In this document: piece after piece, positions 38,279-49,724 of the stretch | Numbering within the stretch: position 1 is the stretch's first letter | Layout: each line of letters starts with the position of its first letter | NCBI RefSeq assembly: GCF_037042905.1 | Contig: NC_087250.1 | Location: forward strand, 28,150,001 to 28,214,000 | Direction of reading: 5' to 3' | Source: Lytechinus pictus | Lineage: Eukaryota | Length of the DNA: 64,000 nt | The notes under the pieces: model-generated | What the model saw: only the letters and a program-made list of their open reading frames with translations | Database searches by the model: none | Told to the model about the DNA's origin: nothing | Position numbers and translations under genes: made by a program

Positions 38279-38434
38279 CACAGCGTACCTACGGGGGGCA
38301 GGGGGCACCTTTTTTGCCTCCCCTGACGAGCTTGAAGACCTTTTTTTTTTTTTTTTTTTTTTTTGTGCTTGTCAAATTTTTTGGCGGACGGTTTTGCCCC
38401 CCCCCCCCTGTGGAAAATCCTAGGTACGCCACTG
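38279..38434 (-). mobile_element. hAT-type MITE, same family as 7600-7888
   Basis: 8-bp TSD attgtatc (38271-38278 / 38435-38442); reverse-complement similarity to 7600-7888. Confidence 0.85.
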
Positions 38435-38945
38435 ATTGTATCGTATCGGAAATCAATAGAATTTTGGTACATATCCTGTATGAATTACTTAAAATAATCA
38501 TGACCAAAAACTAATCGTAGAGGAAAGCTATTTTATTGGGAAAAAAGAAAGTGCAAGAGCGAAAGACGTTCTTTTCTATTCATTGATGCATGCCTGCAAA
38601 TTCATTCCGAAACAAACCATTAATAGTAGAAGGTGCGGGACAGCCCCGCGACTGTCGCTGTGTTCATTTAATCCCTACCTTTCGTTTGAGGACGCGCACG
38701 CTTTATATTTACGACGCTTGTTGATTTTGGACGTTTTTTGGGCCCGTCGTCATGGTCGTAAAACTCTGTCCTGCAATGCAAATTGTGTGACATGAAATTT
38801 TTTTTTCGTTTCGCATCTGGAACGGAAACATTAAATTTGCGTTTCGTGTGCACAATTCTGGTTGCTACTATGGTTACAGCGATATATCCGATTTAGGACG
38901 ACTTTCCAAATCCAAATGTGGTTCCTCCCTGAGCTCGAGAGGTCG

Positions 38946-39245
38946 CCCAGGGGCCCATTTCAATTGAATGGTGGATACCAGGCGCGACCACACGTAAAAT
39001 GGAAAGAGTGGGTAAATACGTTACGTATAAGCCTATGTAGCGTTATAAGGGTGTGAACAACAATGATCAAAATACTGAAAAAGGGGATATATTTCCAATA
39101 CTTGTAGGGTGTCACAACCCAAATACTTGTTAAGAGATGCATTTTCATAATCTGGAAAAGACTTACTTCCCTTGTTTAGGGTGCTTTTCGAAACCGTATG
39201 GTCGCGCTAGGTATCCACTCATCAATGGAAGTGTACCTCCGGGGA
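38946..39245. mobile_element. Degenerate MITE related to 33684-34228
   Basis: gtggataccaggcgcgacc ... ggtcgcgctaggtatccactc with shared internal blocks. Confidence 0.7.
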
Positions 39246-39900
39246 AATGTAAAACATACTGCCGTTTACATTGTGTGCTAGAGGCAAATCGTTTGTGTAG
39301 GAGCAAGCAAAAGAGAAAAAAAAACCTGCAAATTTAGACAGTTTATGGCCTGTTGCATGCTGTGTACATGTGAACACATGCGAAATGGTTGGGCTTGAGA
39401 GGTGACCCATCAATAATGCACATTAAATGCAATATTGATTCGATGGACTGTAATGATCGATATCTAAGCCCTAGTTCGGTTTTTCCTTACTCAATATGTA
39501 CTCGATTTGTTTAAAAAAACAACTTTCTTATCCATGTCATAATCTACATTTCGCATGTCTCCAGCCAGCTGGAGTCATAGCCAAGATACAGGTACAGTCC
39601 CGCCGCGAGCTCAGGCAGGCAAATGGCATGGCTGGTATCGTATGAAAGAGCTTTGCAAACGAAAATCAAAATCTATAGGGCCTGTAACACAAAGCTTAGC
39701 AATATAGAGCAGTTGTCTACGTCTCATTGTATTGACTGTAATGTACAATCAATCTAGAAAATCGAGTCTATGATTAATCGTTAACTTTTGAGTTACCCGA
39801 CTCTAATCTCGCGTTGTCGAGGTTTGCGAAAGGTGCCTAATGTGAAGGAACACCGCAACAACACCGGGATAAACCAGTCGTGATATGTTTATTATAATGT

Positions 39901-39970
39901 GGGGATGTCGTGGTCTTGTGGTTATGACTCTCGTCTTTCAATCTGAAGGACGCGGGTTCGATTTCCCGTC
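39901..39970 (+). mobile_element. tRNA-derived SINE head
   Basis: A-box-like tggtcttgtgg and B-box-like ggttcgatttc at tRNA spacing; acceptor stem not intact. Confidence 0.6.
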
Positions 39971-40289
39971 CTCAATTATTTCCGGTGTATCAGAGTCGTG
40001 TCGGAGTCACAAGCCTACACCTGTTTTGTTACGGAAGTCATAAAAGTCACCTGCTGACGTGTAAATGGATGCATGAAATTTATTCCGGGACTGTCTACTT
40101 TTTTATCTTCTATACTGTAAATGTATCCGCGGGATTAGAGCGGTATCGCCGTTCCGCTACAGCTCCAGGATAAATTTGAAAACTAGCATGAAGACGGAAG
40201 GCCTATAAGACTTTAAAATGGGATATTTTACATCATGGGCAGGATGTGTAACTAGAAATGCGAACGTGAAGTGCGAGCTGATTTAATAT

Positions 40290-40432
40290 AGGGTATTTAT
40301 ATTGCGCACATATCCACCTTGTTAGGTGCTCAAGGCGCTCCTATATTACCAGGCTAAGCTAGGCGTTCATAGCGCACACAGCTTTTTAAGGAATTTCTTC
40401 CTACCTGTACCCATTAACCTCATCTGGGTTGA
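40290..40432 (-). mobile_element. SINE/L2-type 3' end fragment
   Basis: Minus strand reads gcgccttgagcacct..ggatatgtgcgcaatataaatac, similar to the L2-type tail at ~60075-60120. Confidence 0.5.
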
Positions 40433-40800
40433 CGTGTATATATATACATATATATATATTGTAGCGCCTAAAGGTTCTAACGTAGAGGGCGCAGAAGAAA
40501 GGATAAGACGAAGAGAAAACGAACGGAAAATAGATAGGAGATCGGGAGAGATACAAGAACTGTAATCCAGATTAATCGGTAAATTGACCTATATAATCAG
40601 TTATTATTGTTCATGATTGGATTGTTGAATACTTACTCAATAAATTGTGTTAATGTGAATGAAAACTGATCACAGAAGGATTCTTATTTTAGCGTGAATC
40701 AATGGTGTGTGATTGACGTATACGTGAGTTCAGTGAGAGCTACATTGAAGCACACGGAGAAGATTGATTTGGCGAGATTTGAGTGTGGGGAGCGTTACAT

Positions 40801-40818
40801 TGGTGGCAGTCGCGGGAT
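40801..40818 (+). other. Primer-binding site of element A, tRNA-Leu-like
   Basis: TGGTGGCAGTCGCGGGAT, 1 nt after the LTR; resembles the complement of the tRNA-Leu 3' end (TGGTGGCAGCGGTGGGAT) imperfectly. Confidence 0.7.
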
Positions 40819-40833
40819 AATTCTAGACGAATT

Positions 40834-42983
40834 ATGGAACCCACAGAACCCACATCAATCTCAGAATCGAGAATACACCCTATTCATGCTAATGAAACTG
40901 TCCCTTATGGTTTTGGACCAATTCAACCGGAGGAAGGAGCGTCATTTGTCACGGTAGATGAATACCACGTGTCAGACCACGTGCGAAGCTTTCCACAGCA
41001 CGCAGCATATGGGGACGCACGACGCGTCGGTAGTAGATTGTATGATGCATTAATGGTGGAGGACGCTCGCCATGTGCGTTCGTTGGGCAACGAATATAAC
41101 GCACGATGTGTTATGAGCGGACACAGGGAGGAACAGATTTCAAACAGCACGCACTCACTGCGTTCGGCGTTGGGCAACAGGAGCTACGACGCACAGGGCG
41201 TTATGGACGGACCAAACGATGAGATGTTTCCTGACACTACGCACGAAGCTTGCGTGTTAAGCAACGAAGGCCGCGACGCGGGAAGCGTTGTGATTGCGCA
41301 TGGTGAGGAGCTGATCTCTGACAGTAGGCACGCGGTTCATTCGGTCAGTGACGAAGGCTGCAACGCACAAGGCGTTTTGAGAGGACACAGTGAGGAGCCG
41401 ATACGGACAAAACGCACGCGTTGCGTTCGTTGAGCGACGAAGGCCACAACGCACAATGCGATTCAAGAGAACGCAATAGGGCGACGACCCCTGATAACGC
41501 ACACATGGTGCGTTCGTTGAGCGACGAAGGCCGCAACACAGGAAGCGTTTTGAGAGGACGCAGTAAGGAGCTGAGCCCGGACAAAACGCACGCGGTGCGT
41601 TCGTTGAGAGACGAAGGCCACAACGCACAATGCGTTTCAAGAGAACGCAATAGGGCGAGGACCCCTGATAGCGCACACATGGTGCGTTCGTTGAGCGACG
41701 AAAGCCGCAACGCACAAGGCGTTCTGAGAGCACGCAGTAGGGCTATGACCCCTGATAACACACACACAGTGCGTTCGTTGAGCAACGAAGGCCGCAACGC
41801 GCGAAGCGTTTTGACAGGACGCAATGATACGTCGGCCCCAGGCCCCATGCACAGGGCACATACATTCGACAATGACTACCGCAACGCAAGAAGCGTTAGT
41901 AGTAGTCACAATGGTTTGATAGCAGACATTGCACACTCATTGCGATCTCAAGGCAGCGAACGCCCAGACGCACAAGGCGATTGGAACTATCGGGGAGGAG
42001 AGGCCCTAGATTCGCATCGCGCACGCAATCTGCGTTCATTTGATCACCTAAACTTCGACGCACAGTGTACAAGAAAAGAAAGGAGGCAACCTGAATACTC
42101 GGCCATGGATCATGAATACTTGCCTCAGAGGTTAGGCAGGCCTATTGTATCTGTGCGCCCACCTGACAGGACAATCAGAAAGCCAGTGTATGAGCCAGGC
42201 ACATTCACAGGAAAGGAGGTTTTTGAGAGCTATTTAAGTCATTTTGAAATAGCAGCAGATATTAACGCATGGAACAATCGAGAGAAGGCTGTATTTCTCG
42301 CAGCAAGTCTGCGTGGTGGTGCTCAGGAGATTCTAATGGAACTGTCACCATCGCAGAGAGTGAATTATGAGTTTCTAGTAGCCGCCTTGACTACCCGTTA
42401 TGCATCAAGAGGTCAAGCAGAGTTAAACCGTTTGAAGCTCAAGAACAGGAGGCAGGGAGCGGAAGAAACCCTGACAGAATTGGCTCATAGTGTAAAGTGT
42501 CTGATCAGGAAGGTATATCCTGGTGCATCTGAGGATACAAGAAGGACACTAGCTAAGGACAGTTTTGTTGACGCTCTGAAGGATGCTGAAGTTCGCTTCG
42601 AGGTTATGAAAGCCCAGTGTGAAACGATCGACGATGCACTCGTTGTTGCAGCGAGGATCTCTGAGCTCAAGACTACAGAAGCAATGCGAGTAAACTGCAG
42701 ACAAGTTCGAACTCTGAATACAGAGACCGAGGAAGAAAAAAAGCCAACTGAACATCAACTGGAGACATTGGTGAAAGAACTGCAGCTGACTGTCACCCAG
42801 TTGAGAAAAGACATGGCAGATATGTCCAAGGATAGGTCGATAGGTTACAGATCTCAATCAAGAACCAAATCATTTGCAGATAAAAACAAAGGAGCTACAT
42901 GCTGGAATTGCGGGAGCAAAGGACACTTCAAGGCTGATTGTCCTGCAATGACAGAAGGAAACAGCAAGCAACAGGAAAACTAG
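40834..42983 (+). CDS. gag: Gag with an N-terminal 29-aa repeat array, capsid-like region and one CCHC knuckle; 1-nt frameshift near 41403
   Basis: ATG at 40834 (MEPTEPT); ORFs 40783-41433 and 41421-42983 share the same repeat; FTGKEVFESYLSHFE, RQGAEETLTEL, CWNCGSKGHFKADC. Confidence 0.85.
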
Positions 42984-45900
42984 AACCTACCGACTTTAAG
43001 GGTCGAGAGCCGGTAGAAATTCCCAAAAGGCCCAATGGAACAAGAATCGAGGAAGCTCGATATATGCCTGTTAGATCAGCTAGGTCAGGAGATATTGGTC
43101 TTTTTGTTGATGTCATGATTGGTGACCACGCAGTTCGGATGCTGGTAGATTGCGGTGCTTCAGTTTCTGTCATTAAGACAAGTGTTGCCTCACTCATCGG
43201 ATGTGAAGAGCTCCTTGAGAGAGACATAGGTGTTAAAATGACTACTGCGAGTGATGTGCACAGTATTCCCTTCAAGGGTAAAGGAGAACTGAACATGTGT
43301 CTAGGAGGGAAGATACGCAGGAAACTAGTTTGGTTTGCAGACGTAAAAGAAGATGGAATCCTTGGTCTTGATTGCCTTGAGGACTGGAAATGCAAAGTTG
43401 ATTTTTGTCGTCGGGAAATGTGGGTAGATGGGGTAAAGGTCCCTTGCCATAGTTTTGAAGGGCCGCCTGCTTGTTTCAGAGTCACTGTGAGTGATACCGT
43501 CACCCTACCACCCCTCACTGGACAAGTTATCAAGGGTCAAATGGAAGACAATTTGGCATTCACTGACGTAATCTTGGAACCTTCGTCTAAGTGGACTGGC
43601 TCAGGAAGTGTTCTAGTTGATGCGGCAGTGATGAGGCCGGGCGCCAAGACAATACCAGTGAGAGTCATCAATGTAACCAACCAACCTGTCAAGTTTTACA
43701 AAGGGACCACCGTTGGTCAATGTCAGAAAGCTGAGGTAGTTACACAGGAAACTGTCTCCAGAGACAACCCTTCTAAGACCGACAAGACTCCGTACATAAC
43801 TGTTGATGGAATGAAGATACCAGAACATTTGCAAGACACATGGAAACACAGCGCACAACTTATTAACAAGGACGAGAGGGTGAAGTTGAGTAAGCTCCTT
43901 TGCAAGCACTCGGAGGTTTTCTCGAGAGGTAAAGATGACCTGGGGAGAACAGATGTAGTGAAGCACCAGATTGAAACGGGGACATTTCCTCCTATTCGAC
44001 AGAGAGCAAGGAGATTACCTGTCCATCAAAGACATGAAGAATCGGCACAAATTGAAGATATGACAAGACGTGGTGTGATTGAACCGTCTGAAAGCCCGTG
44101 GGCTTCACCAATCGTGTTAGTCAAGAAGAAGGACGGTTCTACCCGGTTCTGCGTTGACTTCAGGAAGCTGAATGATGTGACCACCAAAGATGCGTTTCCA
44201 CTCCCACGTATTGATGATTCATTGGACAGATTGTCTGGATCAAAATGGTTCTCAACTCTCGATCTGCAAAGTGGTTACTGGCAAGTAGAGATGTCAGAAC
44301 AAGATCGGGAGAAGACTGCATTCATCACAGCGTATGGCCTTTATCAGTTTCGTGTGATGCCGTTTGGGCTCTGCAATGCCCCTGCAACTTTCGAGCGGCT
44401 GATGACAAAAGTCCTGGATGAGTTGATTAACAACATCTGCCTGGTATATCTCGATGACGTCATTGTATACAGTTCGTCTGTACTGGAGCAGCTCGACCGA
44501 CTGGACACCATATTTGACAGGCTGAAGAGCTTTGGATTAAAACTTAATCCAAATAAATGTGTCCTGTTACAGAAAGAAGTGGCATTCTTGGGTCACGTGG
44601 TATCAGCAGCAGGAGTTTCAGCTGATCCCAAAAAGATCAGTAGTGTCAAGGAATGGCCCACCCCGCAGACTGTACACCATGTCAGATGTTTCCTTGGACT
44701 ATGCTCCTACTACAGAAAATTTGTGAAGGGTTTTGGAGACATTGCAAGACCGCTCCACCAGCTTACAGAGAAGGGTCGAGTATTCCACTGGACAGAAGAG
44801 TGTGAGGAAGCTTTCAGGAGACTAAAACATGAGCTGACTAACTCCCCAGTCCTGGCATACCCTACTGCTGACGATCCATTTATCCTTGACACTGATGCAA
44901 GTGCAAACGGACTCGGAGCAGTCCTCACCCAGGTGCAACATGGTACAGAGAAGGTCATAGCATACTACAGCAAGTCTATGTCCAAGGCAGAGAGGCGTTA
45001 TTGTGTCACAAGGAAGGAATTACTTGCTGTTGTGGAAGGAGTGAAACAATTTCATCACTACCTCTATGGAAGGAAATTCACAGTGCGGTCAGATCATGGA
45101 GCGTTGAAGTGGCTGTTAAACTTCCGCAATCCTGTTGGTCAGGTAGCTCGGTGGTTGGAGCTTCTTGGTACCTATGACATGGACATTCAACACAGGGCAG
45201 GTCGCATTCATGGAAATGCAGATGCGCTTTCGAGGAGACCCTGTCAGGACTGTTCACATTGTCAAAGACTGGAAGAAAACGACACCATAAAAACATCTAT
45301 CTTGAAGGAAGTCTTATCTGTCGGCACTAATACCGAAGATGACTGTCCTGAAGCTGGAATGATCCACGTCGCTACCTTAGGAACCCAGGAGGCAGTTCAG
45401 CTGACAAATGGTAGCATTGACGCCCCATCAAATGAACAGGAAGATCCCTTGTGGACAAAGTCCTATTTGAGAGATGTACAGAGCCAGGACCCCGAGTTAG
45501 ATCAAATCATCAAATGGAAGAAAAAGGGGACACGTCCCTCATGGGGAGAGGTAGCACCCCTTAGCCCCAAAATAAAGTCTCTTTGGAGTCAGTGGGAAAG
45601 GCTACAGTTGGAAGAGGACGTCCTGTATCGTCGATGGGAATCCCTCAACGGAAAGGAAGTCTCTCTTCAATTGGTTCTACCTGTTGCACTGCGCAAGAAA
45701 GTCTTTGCAGAGTGCCATGAATCCAAGGTTGCAGGTCATATGGGTAGCAAACGGACAATTGAAAGAATTCGACGGCGTTGCTATTGGCATCAACTTAGTA
45801 TGGATGTTGAACTTTGGTGCAAACTTTGCCGCACATGTGAGTCCAGGAAGAACCCATCTCGGCGCCCTCGAGCCCCACTCCAGGTATACAACGTCGGTGC

Positions 45901-47116
45901 TCCAATGGAACGTGTATCAATGGACGTCATGGGACCCCTTCCACAGTCAGACCGAGGCAACAAATACGTGCTCGTAATCTGTGACTACTTCACCAAGTGG
46001 ACTGAGTCTTTTGCAATGCCGAACCAAGAAGCAGCAACAGTTGCACGAATCTTCGTGGAAGAATTTGTCTGCAGATACGGTGTGCCATTGGAACTTCATA
46101 CTGATCAGGGTCGGAATTTCGAGGCAGCTCTTTTCCAAAGTGTTTGTGAGATCTTGGGATGTTCAAAGACCAGAACTACAGCATTTCATCCTCAGAGTAA
46201 CGGAATGGTTGAACGTTTCAACCGGACCTTGGAGGATTTATTGGCCAAGGCTGTTGCTGATCATCAGAAGGACTGGGACGAATGTTTACCTCTGGTCATG
46301 ATGGCATACCGCTCGTCTCAACATGACGCTACTGGTTACACACCTAGTGAGCTGATGATGGGTAGGCAGATGATTCTTCCAGTGGATCTGCTGATTGGAA
46401 GCTCTGGGTCTCCAGAATCTAGTTACCCTGAGTTCACAGAGCAACTGCAGGACCGCATGAATTACACCCACCAGTTGACAAGAGAGCGCTTGAGGGTTAA
46501 CACAGACCGGAACAAGCGTACTTACGACACTCACAAGGCAGGGGAAGGTCATCAACAAGGAGATGCGGTGTGGCTTCACACTAAAAGGCGGAAGAAAGGA
46601 ATTTCTCCCAAGCTACAGAGGAGTTGGACTGGCCCATTCTATGTCATTGATGCTCTTAGTGATGTGACCTATCGAATTCAGGAAACGTCTAAATCAAAGC
46701 CAAAAGTTGTTCATTTCAACCGGTTAAAGACGTATGTTGGAGCCCCCGTGCCGAACTGGGCTTTGAAGAAGATCAATGACAAGTCTTCATCTTCAGCCAC
46801 AGTCGACGTATCCCCAGAGGAACACCTGCAGCCACAGCAGGATTCTCAATCACAGGAAGAAAGTTCTGTAGAAACCGGAGCTAGAGTAGACATTTCTGGC
46901 CAAGAGCATGACTGTCCAACAGACACAGATCGTACTGCAGAGGCGGGAACAAGAAGGAAGAAGCGACTCTACTCAGAAGTGGCTGCTACATCCAATAGCA
47001 AAGAAACATCCACACTTGACCAGGAACCACCTCGTGCGAAGGCGCAGAGAACCGGCAACCAGATGCTACCACACCGTAGTAAACGCCTACGAAAGACGCC
47101 ATTGCGTTTTTATTGA
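42974..47116 (+). CDS. pol: Pol polyprotein (PR-RT-RNase H-integrase), in the -1 frame relative to gag
   Basis: LVDCGAS protease, RFCVDFRKLN, YLDD, TDAS/RSDH RNase H, HHCC, DDE core, WTGPF; uninterrupted; GGAAAAC just before the gag stop. Confidence 0.95.
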   Translation, partial: GKLEPTDFKGREPVEIPKRPNGTRIEEARYMPVRSARSGDIGLFVDVMIGDHAVRMLVDCGASVSVIKTSVASLIGCEELLERDIGVKMTTASDVHSIPFKGKGELNMCLGGKIRRKLVWFADVKEDGILGLDCLEDWKCKVDFCRREMWVDGVKVPCHSFEGPPACFRVTVSDTVTLPPLTGQVIKGQMEDNLAFTDVILEPSSKWTGSGSVLVDAAVMRPGAKTIPVRVINVTNQPVKFYKGTTVGQCQKAEVVTQETVSRDNPSKTDKTPYITVDGMKIPEHLQDTWKHSAQLINKDERVKLSKLLCKHSEVFSRGKDDLGRTDVVKHQIETGTFPPIRQRARRLPVHQRHEESAQIEDMTRRGVIEPSESPWASPIVLVKKKDGSTRFCVDFRKLNDVTTKDAFPLPRIDDSLDRLSGSKWFSTLDLQSGYWQVEMSEQDREKTAFITAYGLYQFRVMPFGLCNAPATFERLMTKVLDELINNICLVYLDDVIVYSSSVLEQLDRLDTIFDRLKSFGLKLNPNKCVLLQKEVAFLGHVVSAAGVSADPKKISSVKEWPTPQTVHHVRCFLGLCSYYRKFVKGFGDIARPLHQLTEKGRVFHWTEECEEAFRRLKHELTNSPVLAYPTADDPFILDTDASANGLGAVLTQVQHGTEKVIAYYSKSMSKAERRYCVTRKELLAVVEGVKQFHHYLYGRKFTVRSDHGALKWLLNFRNPVGQVARWLELLGTYDMDIQHRAGRIHGNADALSRRPCQDCSHCQRLEENDTIKTSILKEVLSVGTNTEDDCPEAGMIHVATLGTQEAVQLTNGSIDAPSNEQEDPLWTKSYLRDVQSQDPELDQIIKWKKKGTRPSWGEVAPLSPKIKSLWSQWERLQLEEDVLYRRWESLNGKEVSLQLVLPVALRKKVFAECHESKVAGHMGSKRTIERIRRRCYWHQLSMDVELWCKLCRTCESRKNPSRRPRAPLQVYNVGAPMERVSMDVMGPLPQSDRGNKYVLVICDYFTKWTESFAMPNQEAATVARIFVEEFVCRYGVPLELHTDQGRNFEAALFQSVCEILGCSKTRTTAFHPQSNGMVERFNRTLEDLLAKAVADHQKDWDECLPLVMMAYRSSQHDATGYTPSELMMGRQMILPVDLLIGSSGSPESSYPEFTEQLQDRMNYTHQLTRERLRVNTDRNKRTYDTHKAGEGHQQGDAVWLHTKRRKKGISPKLQRSWTGPFYVIDALSDVTYRIQETSKSKPKVVHFNRLKTYVGAPVPNWALKKINDKSSSSATVDVSPEEHLQPQQDSQSQEESSVETGARVDISGQEHDCPTDTDRTAEAGTRRKKRLYSEVAATSNSKETSTLDQEPPRAKAQRTGNQMLPHRSKRLRKTPLRFY

Positions 47117-47659
47117 AGTCTTTTAAAGCGAAATTTGTTTTTTTGTTTTTTTTAATGTAAAAATAACCTTGCTCTAGATGTGTTTTGCAAATATTGAACC
47201 TTGGTTTTGTTTTAATTCGAAACGAGGACGTTTCATTCTAAGAAGAGGGTAGTGTAGCGCCTAAAGGTTCTAACGTAGAGGGCGCAGAAGAAAGGATAAG
47301 ACGAAGAGAAAACGAACGGAAAATAGATAGGAGATCGGGAGAGATACAAGAACTGTAATCCAGATTAATCGGTAAATTGACCTATATAATCAGTTATTAT
47401 TGTTCATGATTGGATTGTTGAATACTTACTCAATAAATTGTGTTAATGTGAATGAAAACTGATCACAGAAGGATTCTTATTTTAGCGTGAATCAATGGTG
47501 TGTGATTGACGTATACGTGAGTTCAGTGAGAGGTACATTGAAGCACACGGAGAAGATTGATTTGGCGAGATTTGAGTGTGGGGAGCGTTACAATATACAT
47601 ACTTCGGGAATACTATCCTTGAATAGAGTGCTCGATGTCCTTCACAGGAAGAGCTTTGA

Positions 47660-47763
47660 ATAATAAACACCAGTTCACAAGGTTGACTGAAGGTTCATCA
47701 AATTTCAGTTGCAAATAAAATTTGATGAACCTCCAGTCAACCTTGTGAACTTGTGTTTATTAT
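47660..47763. repeat. ~100-bp hairpin or mini-MITE between the two LTR elements
   Basis: ataataaacaccagttcacaaggttgactgaaggttcatcaaattt pairs with aaatttgatgaacctccagtcaaccttgtgaacttgtgtttattat. Confidence 0.85.
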
Positions 47764-49724
47764 ATATATATGTCGGGGGGTGGGTTGAGTTAGCCAATTA
47801 AGACCGTAACGGAGCAAACTTTACAGATGCTACGGGACACCAGATCTGAGCTTCTTTGACTTTATTGAGGTTTGCCAAAACCAACAAAATAAAAGGAGTA
47901 ACAAAACAACAACCCTGCAATGACAGAAATGAAATAAGATTATCAATAACACCATTTCAAAAACATGTCATTAGCACTTGCATCACACAATGTACATAAT
48001 AGACTGCAGATATTGGATACATGGCAAAATATTGATATTGAAAGTGGGGTGTATTCATCTCTATCATTAACTGAAATGATAAAATACATGCATTCTTCAA
48101 AAACAGCTTGTAAATATTATCGTTGTAGCTATCATCTCAAAACTATGTAGAAGTTGTAATAAGCATATTACTCATATTTAGTCAGATGACATAAGAATGC
48201 ATCATACACTGTATACATCACGATATTCTATTAAAATGAATCATTTATACACAGAAATAGAAGAGTCCATGTAATTAATGCCTACCCAAAGTCAGAGGCT
48301 ACTGGTGGTTACACACCACCTACATCACCCAGGATACCACAAAGGAGTAGCAGCTTCTACATTATTCGAAATCTCGATGAGGATCAAATGAGTCGGACCA
48401 GCTATAATTAAAGAAAGCAACAATCGTAACCATAAGATAATCATAACTCCAACTCATGATAAAATTGCTTAGAATTCCCTGAATTAATAGTTTAAAAAAT
48501 ATTATATTTCTCAAACAATTCTACTACTTTCAGTGTGGATAATGATTGGTAATGATATACTCACAAATATATAATGTTTTCTTTTTGCACGAATAAATAA
48601 TCCAATTAGTAAAAACTATGTTTATTAATTCCAAAGTTTTGATCAAGACCCAAGTACTTGATAGAGCAAGTAGCTCTATCGAACGGAGTCAAACTGCATA
48701 TTTCTGTCTATTGAGCTTAACACAACCATTCTCTATTACAGTTTACTCATCTGATACTGCAATTAAAAGAGTAATTTAAGTATACAAACAATATGTGTAT
48801 GTTCAGTAAGCAAAGAAGTCATAGATCTAACTTCTTAGTTCAGAACCATAATCAGAAATCATCACATCATATAATATAACGAGGTCAGCTAGAAGCATAC
48901 CTTACCATGGGCGCCGCCATCTTGAAATACAATGTTTACTATAGAACGCCCTCTATGTTATCTTTCAAATAATCTACTAAAACTTTCTCTTCAATTCAAC
49001 AAGTAATCCTAAATTTCTGACCTTTCAAATATCAAGTATTACTTATATTCATTATTCCCAACAATGTCTAGCACCAAAAGTAAACCAGTAAATATCCTCA
49101 TAATTTGTAAGTTACAACTCGTCTTTGAACTTGACCGAGATACACCTGCTTTGCTAAAGTCATGAAAGTAAAAGTGACTAAATTCAATCTTAAAACAAGT
49201 CATTCTTTTCTCAAAATTTTGTCCATGATAGTATAGAAACGATTAGTTATTAAATTAATTACATTTTACGGTAATTCTATGCAAAAATAAGATAAAACGA
49301 CACTTACATCAGCCCTTTCCCAGGCCTGCTTCGATTGCAGTCCGACCTGCACCAGAACCAGGACGTGCAATAATCTACCCAACGTAAAATGCCAACAAGC
49401 AGTGGAGTCACGGAACCACCCCAAAAAATATCATTCCGCTAAGGATTTGTTAAACTTTGAAACAGCCAATATGAAAAAGATACAAGTATATATACTGTTT
49501 TCACTCAATATTACGAGAAAACAAATCCTTAAAATCCTTTAAAATACATAACAAGGATAAGAAAATAACTAAAATTATATTTTTCGAACGTACATACATC
49601 GATCATCCTAACCCTATCCAGTGATCCGGCCGATCAAGAGAATTCCAAACACCTGTACGAAAATAATATGCAAATTAGGCACATTCTTCTCGAGTAACCT
49701 AAATGAAAATTCCACTTTCCGACA

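Larger units (their letters stand above)
40460..47592 (+). mobile_element. Full-length young Ty3/gypsy LTR retrotransposon (element A)
   Basis: 340-bp LTRs 40460-40799 and 47253-47592 (TGTAGCG...CGTTACA, one mismatch seen); TSD ATAT; PBS 40801-40818; PPT aagaagagggtag 47240-47252; gag and pol present. Confidence 0.97.

Noticed and set aside
39901..39975. Functional tRNA gene
   Set aside because: A and B boxes are present but stems pair poorly and no poly-T terminator follows; better explained as a SINE head.
41257..41936. Antisense ORFs over the gag repeat array
   Set aside because: Expected from an 87-bp repeat lacking stops in those frames; no independent evidence.
43148..43156. DCG instead of DTG/DSG at the protease active site as an inactivating change
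   Set aside because: The catalytic Asp and Gly are retained and DCG occurs in other gypsy proteases.
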